DNA of 64,000 nucleotides, taken from assembly GCF_036365525.1 (NCBI RefSeq), contig NC_090408.1:15539599-15603598 (forward strand). Reading direction: 5' to 3'. A model generated the notes under the pieces. It ran no database searches. It saw only the letters and a list, made by a program, of their open reading frames with translations, and had not been told where the DNA came from. The DNA comes from Heterodontus francisci. Taxonomy: Eukaryota. Positions 63,223 through 64,000 of the stretch are shown here, one piece after another. Position 1 is the stretch's first letter. Each line of letters starts with the position of its first letter. A program made the position numbers and the translations under genes.

Positions 63223-64000
63223 CCTAGAAAGGCCTAGAAATCAGCGCATGATCCAGATGCACAGCAAATTGGTCCACCGACTTCATTTGTTTATTACTAG
63301 TGAGCTGCGAGCCCCAGACATGGTCCCAGAGGCAGCTCATCAGTCACGGGAAGGGGAAAAATAAGATCGCCAGGTTGGGATGACAGCAGAGGGCCTAAGG
63401 AGAGTCTGGAAAAGGGGATTGATGGTGGGAGGCAATTGGGAATGGGTAAGTGGCAGTGGCCTGTGGTTTTAATGTGGAGCCAGGAAGATCTTCCCGGTTC
63501 CCCATTCAGATAAGTTTATTTAAAAACTTACTTTTAAAGGACCAATGGTTAGACTGCATATAGGCCTAGTAGACCAAGCTTGATACCTGCTGTGTTCAGT
63601 GCAAACCAATTTCCAACTTGGCTCTGTTGGCCAGGGGCTGCGAGAAATAGAGTCTGTTACAAACTGCTGGATTGTTTGTGAACTATAGTAACCTGGAGCT
63701 CAGACACTGGCCTGTGCTGGTAAAAACCATTTTGAACTAATTAATTTATGTGACAAGACAAAGGAGAGAACACAGGAAAAGAGCCTTATTTGGACACGGT
63801 GTGATACCGGGGTCTTTGTGCCTGGGCGAATAAGGAGAAGATACGAACGAGGTGAGCAGGCTTAAACCAACCGGAACTGAGACAGCATAGCTTTGAAAAG
63901 ACAGAGAAAGAGAATAAGAATAGAGAATCTCGGGCATAGAGCCAGCGATAAACTCCGGAGACCAACCATCGTGGAAGCAGAAGATCCTGCGTGAGCAACG

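Noticed and set aside
63650-64000. Possible LTR start (TGTTAC...) at the window edge
   Set aside because: Truncated by the window; no second LTR, PBS or coding evidence.

Overview
Eukaryotic, repeat-dense vertebrate DNA. The repeat set (HE1/V-SINE-type tRNA SINEs with CR1 partner LINEs, Deu-domain SINE, RTE, L2, Penelope, Harbinger and hAT MITEs) points to a shark or other cartilaginous fish. The only convincing host gene is a spliced minus-strand RING-CH membrane E3 ligase of the MARCHF2/3 family. Its coding exons are 33141-33331, 22510-22705, 17636-17845 and 17235-17393 (251 aa, C-terminal PDZ ligand ETIV), with a poly(A) signal at 16045-16050. Most other ORFs in the track are retroelement fragments or spurious. 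Points worth a second look: (1) minimal hammerhead-ribozyme motifs in five Penelope termini; (2) a short SINE-like family that looks like an internal-deletion derivative of a long LINE present in the window; (3) a near-intact RTE next to a CpG-rich orphan gene fragment; (4) a SINE tail forming the pyrimidine tract of a coding exon; (5) the diverged MARCHF3-like paralog itself. I see no secure evidence for a wholly new biological system; homology calls rest on recalled motifs and need database confirmation. Repeat boundaries are approximate unless a TIR or TSD is quoted.
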